From: Azolla caroliniana
Taxonomy: Eukaryota; Plantae; Polypodiophyta
Assembly (NCBI GenBank): GCA_043228905.1
Contig: JBHGNT010000003.1
Span: 12,214,001-12,278,000 of the forward strand
DNA: 64,000 nucleotides
Reading direction: 5' to 3'
Positions within the stretch are counted from its first letter, which is position 1. The number at the start of each line of letters is the position of its first letter. The position numbers were made by a program, and so were the translations under genes. Below are positions 26,979 to 40,735 of this stretch, in pieces. The notes beneath the pieces were generated by a model, which saw only the letters and a list, made by a program, of their open reading frames with translations, was not told the origin of the DNA and made no database searches.

Positions 26979-29900
26979 GTTACTTCGTCACAGTTGGGCA
27001 CATAATATAGTTTAGGACATTTATCTCATTCACATATGCCCAGGCCTTTTTCTTTGTGATAGCATCGTAAAACTTCACGCAAACATGTTCGATTGCAATA
27101 ACCATTCTATCTCTTGGGCTTCGTGTGATATTCATTTTGATCCTATTTAAAATGTAAAATAATGGTGTTTAGAAAACATTTTGCACATATCAAAACAACT
27201 TTCTCTAATAAAAATAACTTGTAACTTACCAATGCATATGCTCACTAACATGTCAACGTGACTTCAAATGTGTCAGGGTCAATTTGGTGAACTCCTTTAC
27301 CATCTTCTCAATTTGGGGGTACTTATATGGCACATAATCATATGGAGATCCCTTGATTCGGAATCCATATGGTATATCAACCCCTTAGGTAATATTTTTG
27401 GCATTTCACCTACTTCCCCATTAAACACACTATAGTAAAACTGCCGAAAATGGTCGGCCCTTGTAAAAACGAAGATGCGGAAACGTCAGACAACCGGCTT
27501 AGCCGGATAGCAATATAGAGAGAGATAAACATGCAGGAGAGAAAGAGATAGAGAAAGAGCAGAACAACTTAAATCTATTATCAACAACTTTGTAAATTTC
27601 TCTATGCATACAACATGCTCAACAACACTATTTATACAAGTCCTAAGAGGACTGATAGAAGTAAAGTGTATTTCAATGCTCACACGAGCGGTTGACACTA
27701 ACTACGAGACATTAACTACCTAGAAGTCTAGGCTGCTACTAGGCTTCTGGCTACTGCTTGATCCAGCTAACCGGCTCCACAGCTCACCGGCTCAGGCTTA
27801 TTCAGCCGATCTGGATCCGGTTGAGCTTGCCGCTCAACACTCCCCCTCAAGCTCAACTTGAGGTCGGATCGTACTGTCAGTCTCCATGGCAGCTGATCCT
27901 TCCACCCGGCTCCTTCTGGCGGTACTCCGCCTCGCTCGCGCTCCTTGTCCGGTCCTGTTCCGTTTGCCGCGACCTTTCTGATTCTGCGCACCTCGACCTC
28001 CTTAGTCGGCTTGTCTGCTCAACAGGCCCAATTCAGCTCCCTTGTTGCTATGACTTCGGCGCTTGCCGATTCGCCGATTCCTTCGTATTGGCATCGACTT
28101 TCGCTGCCTTCTCGTCCTCTTGGCCTTGAATTGATCCGGTTCTTCCGAATCCGTCAATTGAACCAAATCAGATGTCTCTGATTCGTTCTAGCTCTTATCT
28201 AAATCGGTCGCTCCCGATTCGTCTTCCGGTTCCAAGCCCTTCACCACATCGGACCATGTCCGGGTCTTGGACTTCTTCTTCTGGTCGCCTCTGTACTTCT
28301 TGACTTTGCCGCCGCTGCCGCTTGTTCCGACTTGTTCGAATGTGTCAACTTCCTTTGTCCACTCGGCTCCTTTCTTCTTCTCGTGTCCCCCTTTGTCGGT
28401 TCTTCCCTCACCGGCACAATCGGCAGTTTCTTTGCCTTTGCCCGTTACGGTGTCTTTGCCCGTTCTCCCCCTCAAGTGCGACACGTTGAGATGCTGGACA
28501 CCAAGCATTTCAGTGAAGTGTTGCAACTTGTCCAATCCGAGCGGTTTGGTGAAGGTGTCGGCAACTTGCCGATCCATATGAACATAACGAAGTTCGACTT
28601 CACCGTTCAGGACACGCTCACGCACGAAGTGGTAGTGCACTTCTATGTCCTTTGTGCGAGCATGGAATACGGGGTTCTTGGCGAGCTCCATGCTACTTAT
28701 GTTGTCGTAGTAGATCAGGATAGGGGTCGGCACCTCGATTTGCAGGTCTTGCAGCAGTCGCCGAAGCCAAATGGCTTCATAGGTGGCAATAGTAGTGCCC
28801 CGGTATTCAGCCTCAGTGCTCGAAAGGGCCACTGTTGGCTGCTTTTTGCTACTCCACGCAACAACCGCGCTATCAAGGGAAAACATATAGCCGGAGGTGG
28901 ATCGGCGATCCGATGCATCACCGGCCCAGTCGGCATTAGTGTAGCCGACTAGCTCTTCAGTTATACCATGCCGGTATAACAATCCCCGGTCCTTCGTGTC
29001 GCTCCACGGTCAGCTTTTGCATATATTGGTTGATCACGCCGACCAGATAACTGATGTCGGGTCGGGTGATTGTCAAATATATAAGGTTTCCGACAATTTG
29101 TCAAAACCGCTTCTCATCGCAGGCCGGTCCGGAGTCGGGACGGAGCTTCTGGTTCCGGTCCAAGGGTGTGGAGATCGGTCGGCATTCCGTCATGTGGAAC
29201 TTGTACAACATATTCAACACATAGTGTCTTTGTGAGAGCGATATGCCGTCGGGGGTTCGGATCACCTCGATCCCAAGGAAATAGTGAAGGTCCCCCAGGT
29301 CCTTCATCTCAAATGTGTCCGACAGCTGAGACTTGACTCGACTTATTTCATTGACTCCGGGTCCGGTGATGACTAGATCATCAACATACAACAAGATACA
29401 AATTGGACCATCCGGACCTTGCCGGATGAACAACGAAGAGTCGGACTTGGAGACCGCAAACCCCATCTTACGCAACCGGTGCATGATCTTCGCATTCCAA
29501 GCTCGGGGGCTTGCTTCAGGCCATAAAGTAACTTCTTCAGCCGGCATACCACCGACTTGTTTATCTCCGACAGGAAACCGGGGGGTTGGATCATAAAGAC
29601 CTTTTCTTCAAGATCGCCTTGAAGAAAAGCATTCTTCACGTCCATCTGGTGAAGATGCCACCCCTTGCCGCTACAACCTCAAGCACCACTCGAATCTTCA
29701 TCATCTTTGATACTGGAAAGAAGGTCATGTCGTAGTCGATTCTGTGGGTTTGTCAATATCCCTTCGCCAGTAACTGGGCCTTGTACCGGTTAACCGAACC
29801 ATCGGCATTGTACTTTACCTTGTACACCCACTTGCATCCGATCAGTTTACAACATCAGGGAGGGTCAACTAGGTCCCATGTGTCGTTGGCATCAAGTGCT

Positions 29901-30021
29901 CACATTTCTTCCTCCATAGCAACACACCAATTTGCGTCCTTTGCCGCTTTTGCGTAGCTCTACGGCTCACACACCTCCGCCACGTTGGTCATGTACGCAT
30001 AGTGATGTGCCATGTACTCAT

Positions 30022-33000
30022 ATTAATAATTTGAAGCCTTACGATTACATTAACACATCATGAGTGTTAAAAAAGTAAATATCCCACATAAAAACGTTAC
30101 TTCACGCATATTTTCTAGGAAAAATCTTTAGTTAGAAAAAAAATGCATGATAACAAAAAGCTACACATGCACATCTAGCGTGTATGAACACTATAGTTCA
30201 TAAAAAACACATTATCACATTTAGAAAAAACATGTTAGAGAAAGCATATAGTCTATTGATAGAAATGGCATGGAGTTTATAGTTAGAGAAAAAATATGGA
30301 TTGCTAAGACTCTCTCATCACTATATAAGGATGGGAAGCACAATACAATAGGGGAGAGGGAAAATTATGGATTAAAAATCATTAGGGTTCAAAAATAATA
30401 GTTAATAAAATAAATTATACTCGTGGGATTCACGAGGTTTCTATATCCTTCTCATTCAATCTAAATTCATATTCTTATCTAGATATTGATTAATAAAATA
30501 CATTATACTTGTGGGATTCAAAAGTTTCAATCTCTCTTTCTTATAATCTATTTATATATTCTTATTAGCCTTAAAACTCTCCTCCTTCTAGTCCAAAACC
30601 CCAGCGGTTCCCACCCGACTCACTGAACGATCTGGTGCCGAAAGGCACGACAGAATTGGTGAACCCGACGTGAATACGGGTGGCAAGGAGATGGAGAATC
30701 AAAAAAAGGCGATCAACACAGTGATGATGACATTCAACCCCATACTACTGTCAAGATTCGAACTCTTGACACGACCATGTTATAATATAGTATCATGGGT
30801 TAACCAATATATCTAGTACACAGTTATGTATGTAATTGGTCCTTATTGTTTTGCTAGCATCATGTGCATAGTTGCTCCCTTGTAGTATTTACACTTGGCA
30901 CATGCATGCATACCTACATGCTCTATTGTAGATTCACATGCATGCAACAAGTATGCATGCCATGTCGTATAAATAGAGGAATTCACCTTGAACGAATTCA
31001 AGGTGAACAACACCAGTTATGGAGTCTTTCCGTTAATACTACTCATCCATTTGTCTATCTTCTTTCTTGTCTCTTGAGCTTATGATCTATCCGTGACAGT
31101 TTGGTCACCTTCCCATCCTCATAGCTCTCCCTCTCATAAGCCATAGCTATGTCCGACTCAACTAGTGAGTTAGGCCAAATAATGGTAGCCTTACGACAAC
31201 TCTAGTTTGAAAATGAAGGTCTTTGAAAATCTTTACAAGAACTTCAAGTCGGTGCCTCCCTATCCTCACAACCCCCGAAGCCTAGTCTCCCACAGCAAGC
31301 AACCTAGCCTAGAGCTTGATCTTCTACCAACATCTAGCCTAGCTTCATCGCATTTTCTTGAGCCTAAGGTTAGCCTCCCAGAAAAATTTGATGTAATGAG
31401 GTCGCGTTTCCGAGGGTTCATCAACCAAGTTCAACTTATCATTTGGCTATAACCTCAACGCTATGGAGATGGTCTTCGACAAGTCGGCCTTGTGGGCACG
31501 CTTCTCTCCGGTCCGGCCCAAGCTTGGTTTGCACCATTGGTAGAAACCTCTTCACCTCTATTGGAGGACTTTCCCGCCTTCCTCGCCGAGTTAGAGGCCA
31601 CATTTGGAGAGACGGACCGACGACGTACAACTCTTAACAAGATTTATGCACTTGAACAAAGTTCACATGCAGCTTTGGTCTATGCTTCAGAATTTCGACA
31701 ACTAGCATGTGACGTCAATTGGGATGATCAAGCTTTAGTTTATCACTTTCGGCGCAACCTTCGAAGCAATGTAAAGAATCTTCTCTTAAACTTTCCGTAG
31801 CCCACCTCGTTATCCCAAGCGATTTCACAAGCAGTCCATTGTGACAATCGTCTATTCGAATTTCGCCAGGAAGAGCGCCATACTTGGGTTCCATCTCATT
31901 CACTTCCACGGCACGCCCCGATCATACAACCCCAACCATACCCCCCACCGACTGCGTCACACTCCCCTACTTTGGCAGATGCTCCTGTCCCCATGGAAAT
32001 TGATCAAGCCCGATTTCGGCCATTGACTGATGCCGAACGACAATTTCGACGGGCTAATGGCTTGTGCATGTATTGTGGCGCCTCCGGTCATGTCGTTCGC
32101 CATTGTCCTAGGAGTAATCGCCCACAATTCCATCGAGCTAACGGACCCCACCATTCGGAAAACGACATCATTCGGTTGCAGTAGGAGCCATGCAACTGGA
32201 CATCTCCCCTCGCCCACATTCTCGTGGTTCCATTGCCGGACCATCAAGCAATTTCACATTGGAGGTATGGCTTTCATTTAACTCTAGTTCCATTCAGTTT
32301 GTTGCTTTACTTGATTCTGGGGCATCTTCTTGCTTCATCGACATCGCGTGTGCCCAAGCACATGGCATACCTGTCGTTGGCCTCTCAAAACCCATTCCCG
32401 TTGAAGCCATCGACGAGTGCGTCCTCTCATCATGTGCAATTACTGAAGCTACAATCCCATTAGGGCTTTGTGTGGGCTCACACCAGGAGGAGCTCGCCTT
32501 TTACCTCATCGCATCTCCTCGACATTCGATCATCTTAGGACTAACGTGGTTGGAGGCGCACAATCCAATAGTGGATTGGTGCAACCGCTCAATCACATTT
32601 AGCAAGCCAGGATGCTCGTGCAAAAGTATGAAGGTAAATTCAGTTTCCCATCCTTCGGAGAAGGCCGATTCCGATTTGACTACCCCATCATCGGTCTAGG
32701 ATGGGTTTGTTTGTGGCGCCGTTTCTAACACACTCCATGTTATTCCCGAAAAATACCAACACTTCTCCGACGTATTTGAAAAATGTAATGCTGATCATTT
32801 GCCTGAACACCGGCTCTACGACTGTCCGATTGATCTTCAAGAAGGTGCGTGTCCACCCTTTGGTCCTCTATATGCGTTGTCTGCACCAGAGTTGAAGGCC
32901 CTTCGTGTGTATCTCGATGAAAACCTCGAGAAAGGATTTATTCAACCTTTTAAGTCACCAGCTGGGGCCCTCATTTTATTTGTGAAGAAGAAGGACGGCT

Positions 33001-36000
33001 CTCTACGCTTATGCATCGACTACCGAGGTCTCAACAAACTCACTGTGCGCAACTACTATCTGCTACCTCTGATCCTCGAACTCCTTGATCGACTCCGAGT
33101 TGCGCATGTCTTCTCCAAAGTTGATCTGCGTGGAGCGTACAATCGCATCAAGCCAGGGGATGAATGGAAAACCGCATTTCGAACACGGTATGGGCATTTC
33201 GAATACAAGGTAATGCCATTTGGTCTTACTAACGCTCCAACAGTTTTTCAACATATGATGAACGATATATTCCGGGAATATCTTGATCATTTTGTTGTCA
33301 TTTACCTTGATGATATTCTCATTTTCTCGCCAAACATGGAGGCACACACTCGCCAAGTCCAATTAGTTCTTGCCAAACTTCGCTGGCATGGCATGGCCTT
33401 TATGCCAAAGGCGAAAAATGCGAGTTCGACCGTACCTCGATCGAATTTCTAGGCTACATCATCTCGCCCACTGGCATCACCATGGATATGAAGGTCTCTG
33501 TCATTCAGGCGTGGGCGACTCCAAGGCGACTTAAAGATGTGCAATCCTTCCTCGGCTTCGCGAATTTTTACTGTCGCTTCATCAAGGGGTTTTCCACCCT
33601 AGCACAACCTCTTATCGCTCTCACTTGTAAAGGCACTCCATTTTAATGGACCTTGGAGGCGCAAAATGCGTTCGACTCACTCAAACACGCATTCATCACT
33701 GCCCCAGTGCTGCTACATGCCGACCCCACAAAACCCTTCCAAGTTGAAACCGGTGCCTCTAACTTCGCCATTGGTGCCATCTTATCCCAGGCAGACGACA
33801 CCAACCTAATGCACCCAATGGCTTACTACTCCCGGAAATTCACGTCATCCGAAATCAATTATCCCATATACGACAAGGAGCTTGCTGCTATCATTGCTGC
33901 CTTTGAATAATGGCGACCCTACTTGGCCGGTGCACAACATCATGTCTAGGTAGTGACTGATCATAAAAATTTAGTTTATTTTTCACTACTCGTACTTTGA
34001 ATCGAAGGCAGGCCTATTGGTCAACATTTCTCGCCAACTACGATTTTGAGATCGTATTTAGACCTGGTGACCAACATGGGAAGGCCGATGCCCTTTCTTG
34101 CCAAGCTAACCTTGCACTCCGCCCTGGGGATGCTCCTTATGTTCAACAATCTAGACGTTTGTTGAAACCCGACCAATTGCATCTTTTTGCCACTTTGATG
34201 TTGCAGGATGATTCATTACTCCAACAGATCACTGATGCGTCCAAGACCGATGCGTTCGCCAACGAGATTCGAGATAGTCTGCAAAACCCCTCCAAGGCGA
34301 TCGACCAAAAGGAAGGATCTTGAAACCTTCACCATACAAGAGGGTTTTTTGGTCCAAGATCATCTCTTATACGTCCCAGAGGGCCCATGTCGCGCCCGGG
34401 TGTTGCGGGAATGCCACGATGACCCACTTGCAGGTCATTTCGGGGTCGCGAAAACCCTCCAGCTACTCTCTCGGGCGTATTGGTGGCCACAACCATGGAA
34501 GTTGGTCAAAGAATACATAAAGAGTTGTGAGGTTTGTGCTCGCTCCAAAGCCATTCATCATCAGCCATACGGCTTACTATAGCCGCTTCCATGTCCTCGT
34601 CGTCCCTGGGCCTCTATCTCTATAGACCTGATGACTGATCTACCTTTGGTCAATAGCTATGACTCGGTGTTGGTCGTTGTCGATCGGTTTACGAAGATGG
34701 CTCACTTCACTCCATGCTCCAAAACCATTACCGGAGAAGGAATGGTGCATCTACTACTCAACAATGTGGTACGCTTGGATGGACTCCCCGATGATGTCAT
34801 CTCCGATCGCGGACCCCAGTTTATCTCTCACTTCTGAACAACGCCTGCTACAAACTTTAGACATCTCTGTCAAGTTTTCATCCGCTTATCACCCCCAAAC
34901 TGACGGGCAAACGGAGCGTATCAACCAAATCCTTGAGTAGTATCTTCGGTGCTCTATTAGCTACCAACAAGATGATTGGGTCAACTTACTTTTGCTCGCG
35001 AAATTCGCCTACAATAATTCTCTCCATGCATCGACTGGCGTCACTCCCTTCTTTGCCAACTATGGTTTACATCCTCGCTTCAACATTTCCCTTCCTAACA
35101 CTTCCGTGAACCCTTCGGCGGAGGATCATGCTCGCATTTTGGAAGAACTCCATCATGATTTATCCTTGGAGCTTAGTCTTGCTAGTGAACGATACAAGCA
35201 GCAGGCTGATCGCCATCGATCTGCCACTCCACACTTTGTCGTTGGAGACATGGTCTGGTTGTTATGTCGACACATCTCTACTACTCCTCCATGTGCAAAA
35301 CTTGATTACCAGAAGTTGGGACCATTCCGTATCATCGAGTGCATCAATCCCGTCGCCTTCCGGCTCACCCTTCCATCCCACTTCCGGATTCATGATGTTT
35401 TTCATGTCTCCCTCCTCGAATCCCATTATGCTTCACAACTCCTAGGACGTTAGGCCCCTCCACCACCACCTGTGCAATTGACAACAGGGGAGGAATACGA
35501 AGTTGACCAAATCCTTGACTCGTGTTGGTACCGTTGACACTTGCAATACCTTGTCCTATGGAGGGGTTACCCCATGTCTGAGGCCACGTGGGAACCATCG
35601 GAAAATATACAAAATGCCCCAAAGGTCATCCAAGATTTTCATCACCGATATCCCCACAAACCAGCGGCCGATTTGGGAAGGCGGCGTCAAAGGGGGGATA
35701 ATGTCAAGATTCAAACTCTTGACACGACCATGTTATAATATAGTATCATGGGTTAACCAATATATCTAGTACACAGTTATATATATAATTGGTCCTTATT
35801 GTTTTGCTAGCATTATGTGCATAGTTGCTCCCTTGTAGTATTTACACTTGGCACATGCATGCATACCTACATGCTCTATTGTAGATTCACATGCGTGCAA
35901 CAAGCATGCATGCCATGTATAAATAGAGGAGTTCACCTTGAAGGAATTCAAGGTGAACAACACTAGTTATGGAGTCTTTCCGTTAATACTACTCATCCAT

Positions 36001-36972
36001 TTGTCTATCTTCTTTCTTGTCTCTTGAGCTTATGATCTATCCGTGACAACTACAAGAACAATGCGTGATGTCGGAGATCCAATCGGTAGTAGAACAGCTT
36101 GTGCAAAGAAACGGACAATTCAATGGAAATGATGTGTCACGCTATCTATGTGACTACAAGGCACAGATGATGCGAGGTGGGATACCAGAAGGATTGCAAG
36201 TGATATCCTTCAATCGGGTAGCCACGGATGAGCTACAAGAGAGAATCCACAAGATGCGGCAACAAAACCCGACATAGGGGTCTTTTGAAGAAGCTTTACA
36301 AGAGGCATATGACTATGAGAGACCGAAGGGACAAGATCAACATGAGTTTGACCACTGGGTGGCATCGACGAAGATCCACGAAAGCGCGACACAAGCACTT
36401 CTAGAGTTCGAGTATCATTTTTCTCAACTCTTGGAGCGGGAACAACGATTGGTGGGGATGGATAAAGTCCTAATGTTTGTAAGATCGATGGATCAAAGGG
36501 AAAGGATGGCCATCGGGATCGAACTTGAAGACGATGACGGTGAAAATGGCGTCATCGGGGACTAGGCCGAAGTTGAAAGGGAATGCTGAAGACATGACAA
36601 GAGAAAGATGAGAATCTTGTCGGCAACATGTCCTATGATGGATGGTCGAAGGGCAACAAGACGTGATGGCACACAACCACCTAAAGAAGAGGGCTCAAAG
36701 CGAAAGGGTTTGACAATGTTCGACATGGAATCCTTCAAAAAGGAGGCATATGAGACCTTAAAGGCGAAGGCCGAGGCCGAAGAGAAGGTTACAACTAAGC
36801 CAAAGCTGAGGCAAATGATTGATGAGGATGAAGTCGCCTCCCATCGGTTGAGAACAAATGATGTGGCCAATATGAAAGCCGAAATACAATATGATGGTAC
36901 CATGGGAGAGAGTGTGTAACAAGCTATCCTCTCGTCTTGCGAAAGAGTGATGACCAATGATAAGGCTGATGA
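30022..36972 (+). mobile_element. Fragment of a tRNA-Trp-primed LTR element (partial LTR to 30652, PBS 30657-30675, gag-like ORF) embedded in the Copia
   Basis: Co-linear with about 53530-55180 once the nested Gypsy is removed. Confidence 0.88.
30749..36048 (+). mobile_element. Gypsy chromovirus (Tcn1/Tf1-like), full-length, degenerate
   Basis: LTRs 30749-31098 and 35702-36048; TSD ACTAC, with the empty site visible in the paralog at about 54254. Contains gag with CMYCGASGHVVRHC, protease LDSGA, RT YLDD, RNase H, integrase, chromodomain YLVLWRGY...TWEP and PPT AGGGGGGAT. Confidence 0.96.
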
Positions 36973-39900
36973 CCTTTTCTTCAAGATCTCCTTGGAGAAA
37001 AGCATTCTTCACATCCATCTGGTGAAGATGCCACCCCCTTGCCGCTGCAACTGCAAGCACCGCACGAACCGTCATCATCTTCGCTATCGGAGCAAAGGTC
37101 TCGTCGTAGTCGATTCCGTGGGTCTGCACGTATCCTTTCGCCACTAATCGGGCCTTGTACCGGTTAACCGAACCGTCAGCATTGTACTTTACCTTGTACA
37201 CCCACCCCACTTACATCCGATCGGTTTACAGTGTCGGGGAGGGTCAACTAGGTCCCATGTGTCATTGGCATCAAGTGCCCACATTTCTTCCTCCATAGCG
37301 GCACGCCAATTTGCGTCCTTTGCCGCTTCTGCTTAGCTTTCCGGCTCACACCCCTCCACCACCTTGGTCATGTACGCATAGTGATCCGCAATGTACTCAT
37401 TGTACCCGTACCGCTTCACAGGGTTCTTCTTGCGGGAAGACCGATGTAACTTAGTATTACCCGGTTTGGGGCCCTTCTTGGCCAGGTCAGACTTCATTCC
37501 TGAAGATCCGCCTTCATTCTTTCTAAAGTCGGATTCACTCCAATCTAACTCAACAGTGCCGGTTTCGTATTCCAACATCTTCTTCTTCCCCTTCTCTTTG
37601 CGCGTGAATCGTCTCCTCGGTTCATTGCGCGGGGAGAGCACGACAGAGTCTCCACTACTCGCCAGTTCCTCATCCGACTGGTCATCCCAACTCAGCCGCT
37701 CGTTTGGCCTGCTCTACCGAAACGATTCCGGACTCAGATCTAGAGTCTCGAACCCTTCGTCTTCTAATTGGACCGGTTCAGGCTCACTAGCCTCATCCTT
37801 CGGTATCAGGTCGGGGTCGGAAGTTGGAGCCGGTAAGGCATACCATGATGTCGTGTCATCAAACTCAACATCCCGGCTAATTCGGACCTGCTTCGTTCGG
37901 TGTTATAACCCTAATACCCCTTTTGCTCATGCGAGTAACCGACCAGGATGCATTTCTCCGACTTTGCATCCAACTTCTTCCAGTTCTTATTCAGCACATG
38001 CACATATGCAATGCTACCGCATATCCGAAGGTGTCTCAAATTCAGCTTCCACCCGAAATACAGCTCATGCGTGGACACCTTGTCACCGATCCGGTTTTGG
38101 ACATAGACGATCGTCCGAACCGCCTCAGCCCAGTAGAATTTGGGCATGCTCTTCTCCTCCAGCATCGCCCTTGCCGCGTCGATAATCGACTGGTTCTTCC
38201 TTTCGGCCACACCGTTTTGCTCCGGTGTGTATCTGCAACTAAACTCTCTCTGAATTCCTTTTTACTGCAGATAATTGTTGAATTAGCCAGAAAAATATTC
38301 TTTTCCGCCATCCGCCCGCAGGCACTTGATCTTCCTCTTCGTTTCCCGTTCAACCAGGCTTTGGAAGTTTTGGAAACACTCGAAGACTTCGCTCTTCCAA
38401 TCAATGAGGTAGATCCATGTGTGCCGGCTGTAGTCGTCAATGAAGGAGATGAAGTATCGACTCCCGCCAAGACTAACGTTATGTGCCAGTCCCCATACAT
38501 CTGAATGAATAAGGTCGGGCTTCTCTCAGTTGGCCTTGCCGGATCCAAATTTGTCCGAATCGGTGCGCTTTCTCTTTGGCCCTTTTACCACAGTACCAGC
38601 ATTCCGTGTCAGCCTTTGCTTGCCAACCTCCGGCGCCACCTTGACTCCTCCTGCTTGTGGAGGGTTCGGAACTGTTGTTGGCACGTTCTCTGTGCCTTCG
38701 GTCCTGCTCTTGCCGGCCGCTACCATTGCGAGCCGACCCGCCTTGTCCACCACGCCCACAGGGCTGATCCGCCTCCGTGTACAGCATCCGGCTATCGGTG
38801 GGTGCACTTGTTGACGCACCAACGTGATTTTCCTCTACAAGGAGCATCAACTGTAAGTCGAAAAATGACGGCGTATTCTCCCTTGTACATACCGCCGATT
38901 GGAACGCTCTTAACTTAGACGCTAGGCCCCCAAGACAGATTTGCACCATCTCATCTTCCTCTACAGTGATGTTGATAGAGGCAAGTGAATCACAGATCTC
39001 TTTGATTCGGGCCGTGTAATCGGCTACCGACATGTCCTTCTATCGGACATTGCTCAACTCATGTCGGAGTTGCAACTTCCAGGCCGTAGTGCTTGCCGCT
39101 AAAACCTTCTTCAGGTTTCCCCAAGCTTCTTTTGGCTTCTTTGCATCTCGGACATGGCTCAGCAGCTGGTCTTCGACATTGGACGCAAAGCAGTACATCA
39201 CTCTGCTTTCTGCTTGTTCCCACACTGGGAAGTCCTTGTGTGCCGCATTAGGTGCTATGTCGTTAGCTCCGTGAACATAGTTCCAGTAACCATACCCAAG
39301 CAGGTACTGGTGCATCTTGTATGACCAAGATGCGTAGTTGAATCTGTCAAGCTTCTCCACCGGGAGCGAGCTAGCCATTCCTTTGTCCATCACTTCTCTT
39401 TTTGTTCTTACCAGGTCTTAGGGTTTGTCTTCAGATACTGATGTTGGCTGTAGAGGTTCTCAACCCTCGTGGTTTGATACCATGTAAAAACGAAGGTACA
39501 GAAACGTTAGACAACCGGCTTAGCCGGATAGCAACAGAGAGAGAGATTAACACGCAGGAGAGACAGAGACAGAGAAAGAGCAGAACAACTTAAATCTATT
39601 ATCGACAACTCTGTAAAATTCTCTATGCATACAACATGCTCAACAACATTATTTATACAAGTCCTAAGAGGACTGACAGAAGTAAAGTGTACTTCAATGC
39701 TCACATGAGCGTCTGACACTAACTATGAGACATTAACTACCTATTAGTCTAGGCTGCTACTAGGCTTCTAGTTACTGCTTGATCTGGCTAACCGGCTCCC
39801 CAGCTCATCGGCTCATTTGCTCACCGGCTCACCAATTCGGCTCATCCTTTTGGATGCCGATCCGGCTCAGGCTTATTTAGCCGATCCGGATCCGGTTGAG

Positions 39901-40735
39901 CTTGCTGCTCAACAGCCTTATGCAAGAAACTTTTGATAGTTTCTGAATCCTTGGGCACCTCCAACTCCTTTCCTTTTGTCATCCTCTTTTCGTACTTTCC
40001 ACGATCTAAATGTGTAATGAAGGAGCTTGGGATTGCTTTATTACTATCACTTGCCTTTTTGGCTCGAGACAGTTTCTGTAATGATCAATATGATTAGGAA
40101 ATACCACAACAAATAAATAAATTAAAAGTACAAAGACACATAACCATTCTCTAAACACAATGAAAAATTCTTCCAAAGCTTTATATGATGATGTCATAGG
40201 GCAAGCCTGTTCTACTTGCTCCCATGTTGGAAGGGGCAATTTCTTCATCTTCAATGCTTGGATCGTCATATATAATTTATGGCTAGAAACCAAAGAGATA
40301 ATTGGTCAATCATTGAAGCAAATTAATAAACCGAAAAAGAATAGCCAATGATTGATACTTACTTTTGAAACTCAATAACCATCTCATCCAAGCTAAATTC
40401 TTTGGTGGCCACCCGTGAAAGTACAGATATAAGCAATCTGTCATCCTTAATGCCTTGAAGTGACTGCCAAGGAAATAGCTTCATGGGTAAAAGCATGCGA
40501 GTGGAAACACTATTATAGCTAATTAGCTACTAAAATGGCCATAGCTAATTAGCTATTTGTTTAGCTAGTCTTTCTTGTGGGAAAATCAAATATTTGAAAA
40601 ACTAATTTATGACAAAACTCAAATATTTGAACTTCTGTTTCAGACGTAGTGGAACTTGGGGAATATCACCATCATCTAAGGTCGACTTCAATGTCATCAA
40701 TTTCCTGTTTAGCCTAAGTCTGATTTTGAACGCAG

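Larger units (their letters stand above)
27462..39914 (-). mobile_element. Ty1/Copia LTR retrotransposon (host of nested insertions), degenerate
   Basis: LTRs 27462-27839 and 39483-39914; near-TSD GCCCT/GCCTT; PBS TGGTATCAAACC at 39482-39471. Contains gag (KLDRFNYASW, CWYCGK), integrase (AERKN...FYWAEAV), RT ([13 protein letters not shown]) and RNase H (ADWAG, SSTEAEY). Confidence 0.92.

Noticed and set aside
37391-38918. Long plus-strand ORFs (264, 193 and 137 aa)
   Set aside because: They are antisense shadows of GC-rich Copia gag-pol with no independent motifs.
39920-40480. Possible old retroelement remnant flanking the Sola2 insertion (also at about 26980-27460 and 51502-51780)
   Set aside because: Too degraded to assign any domain by eye.
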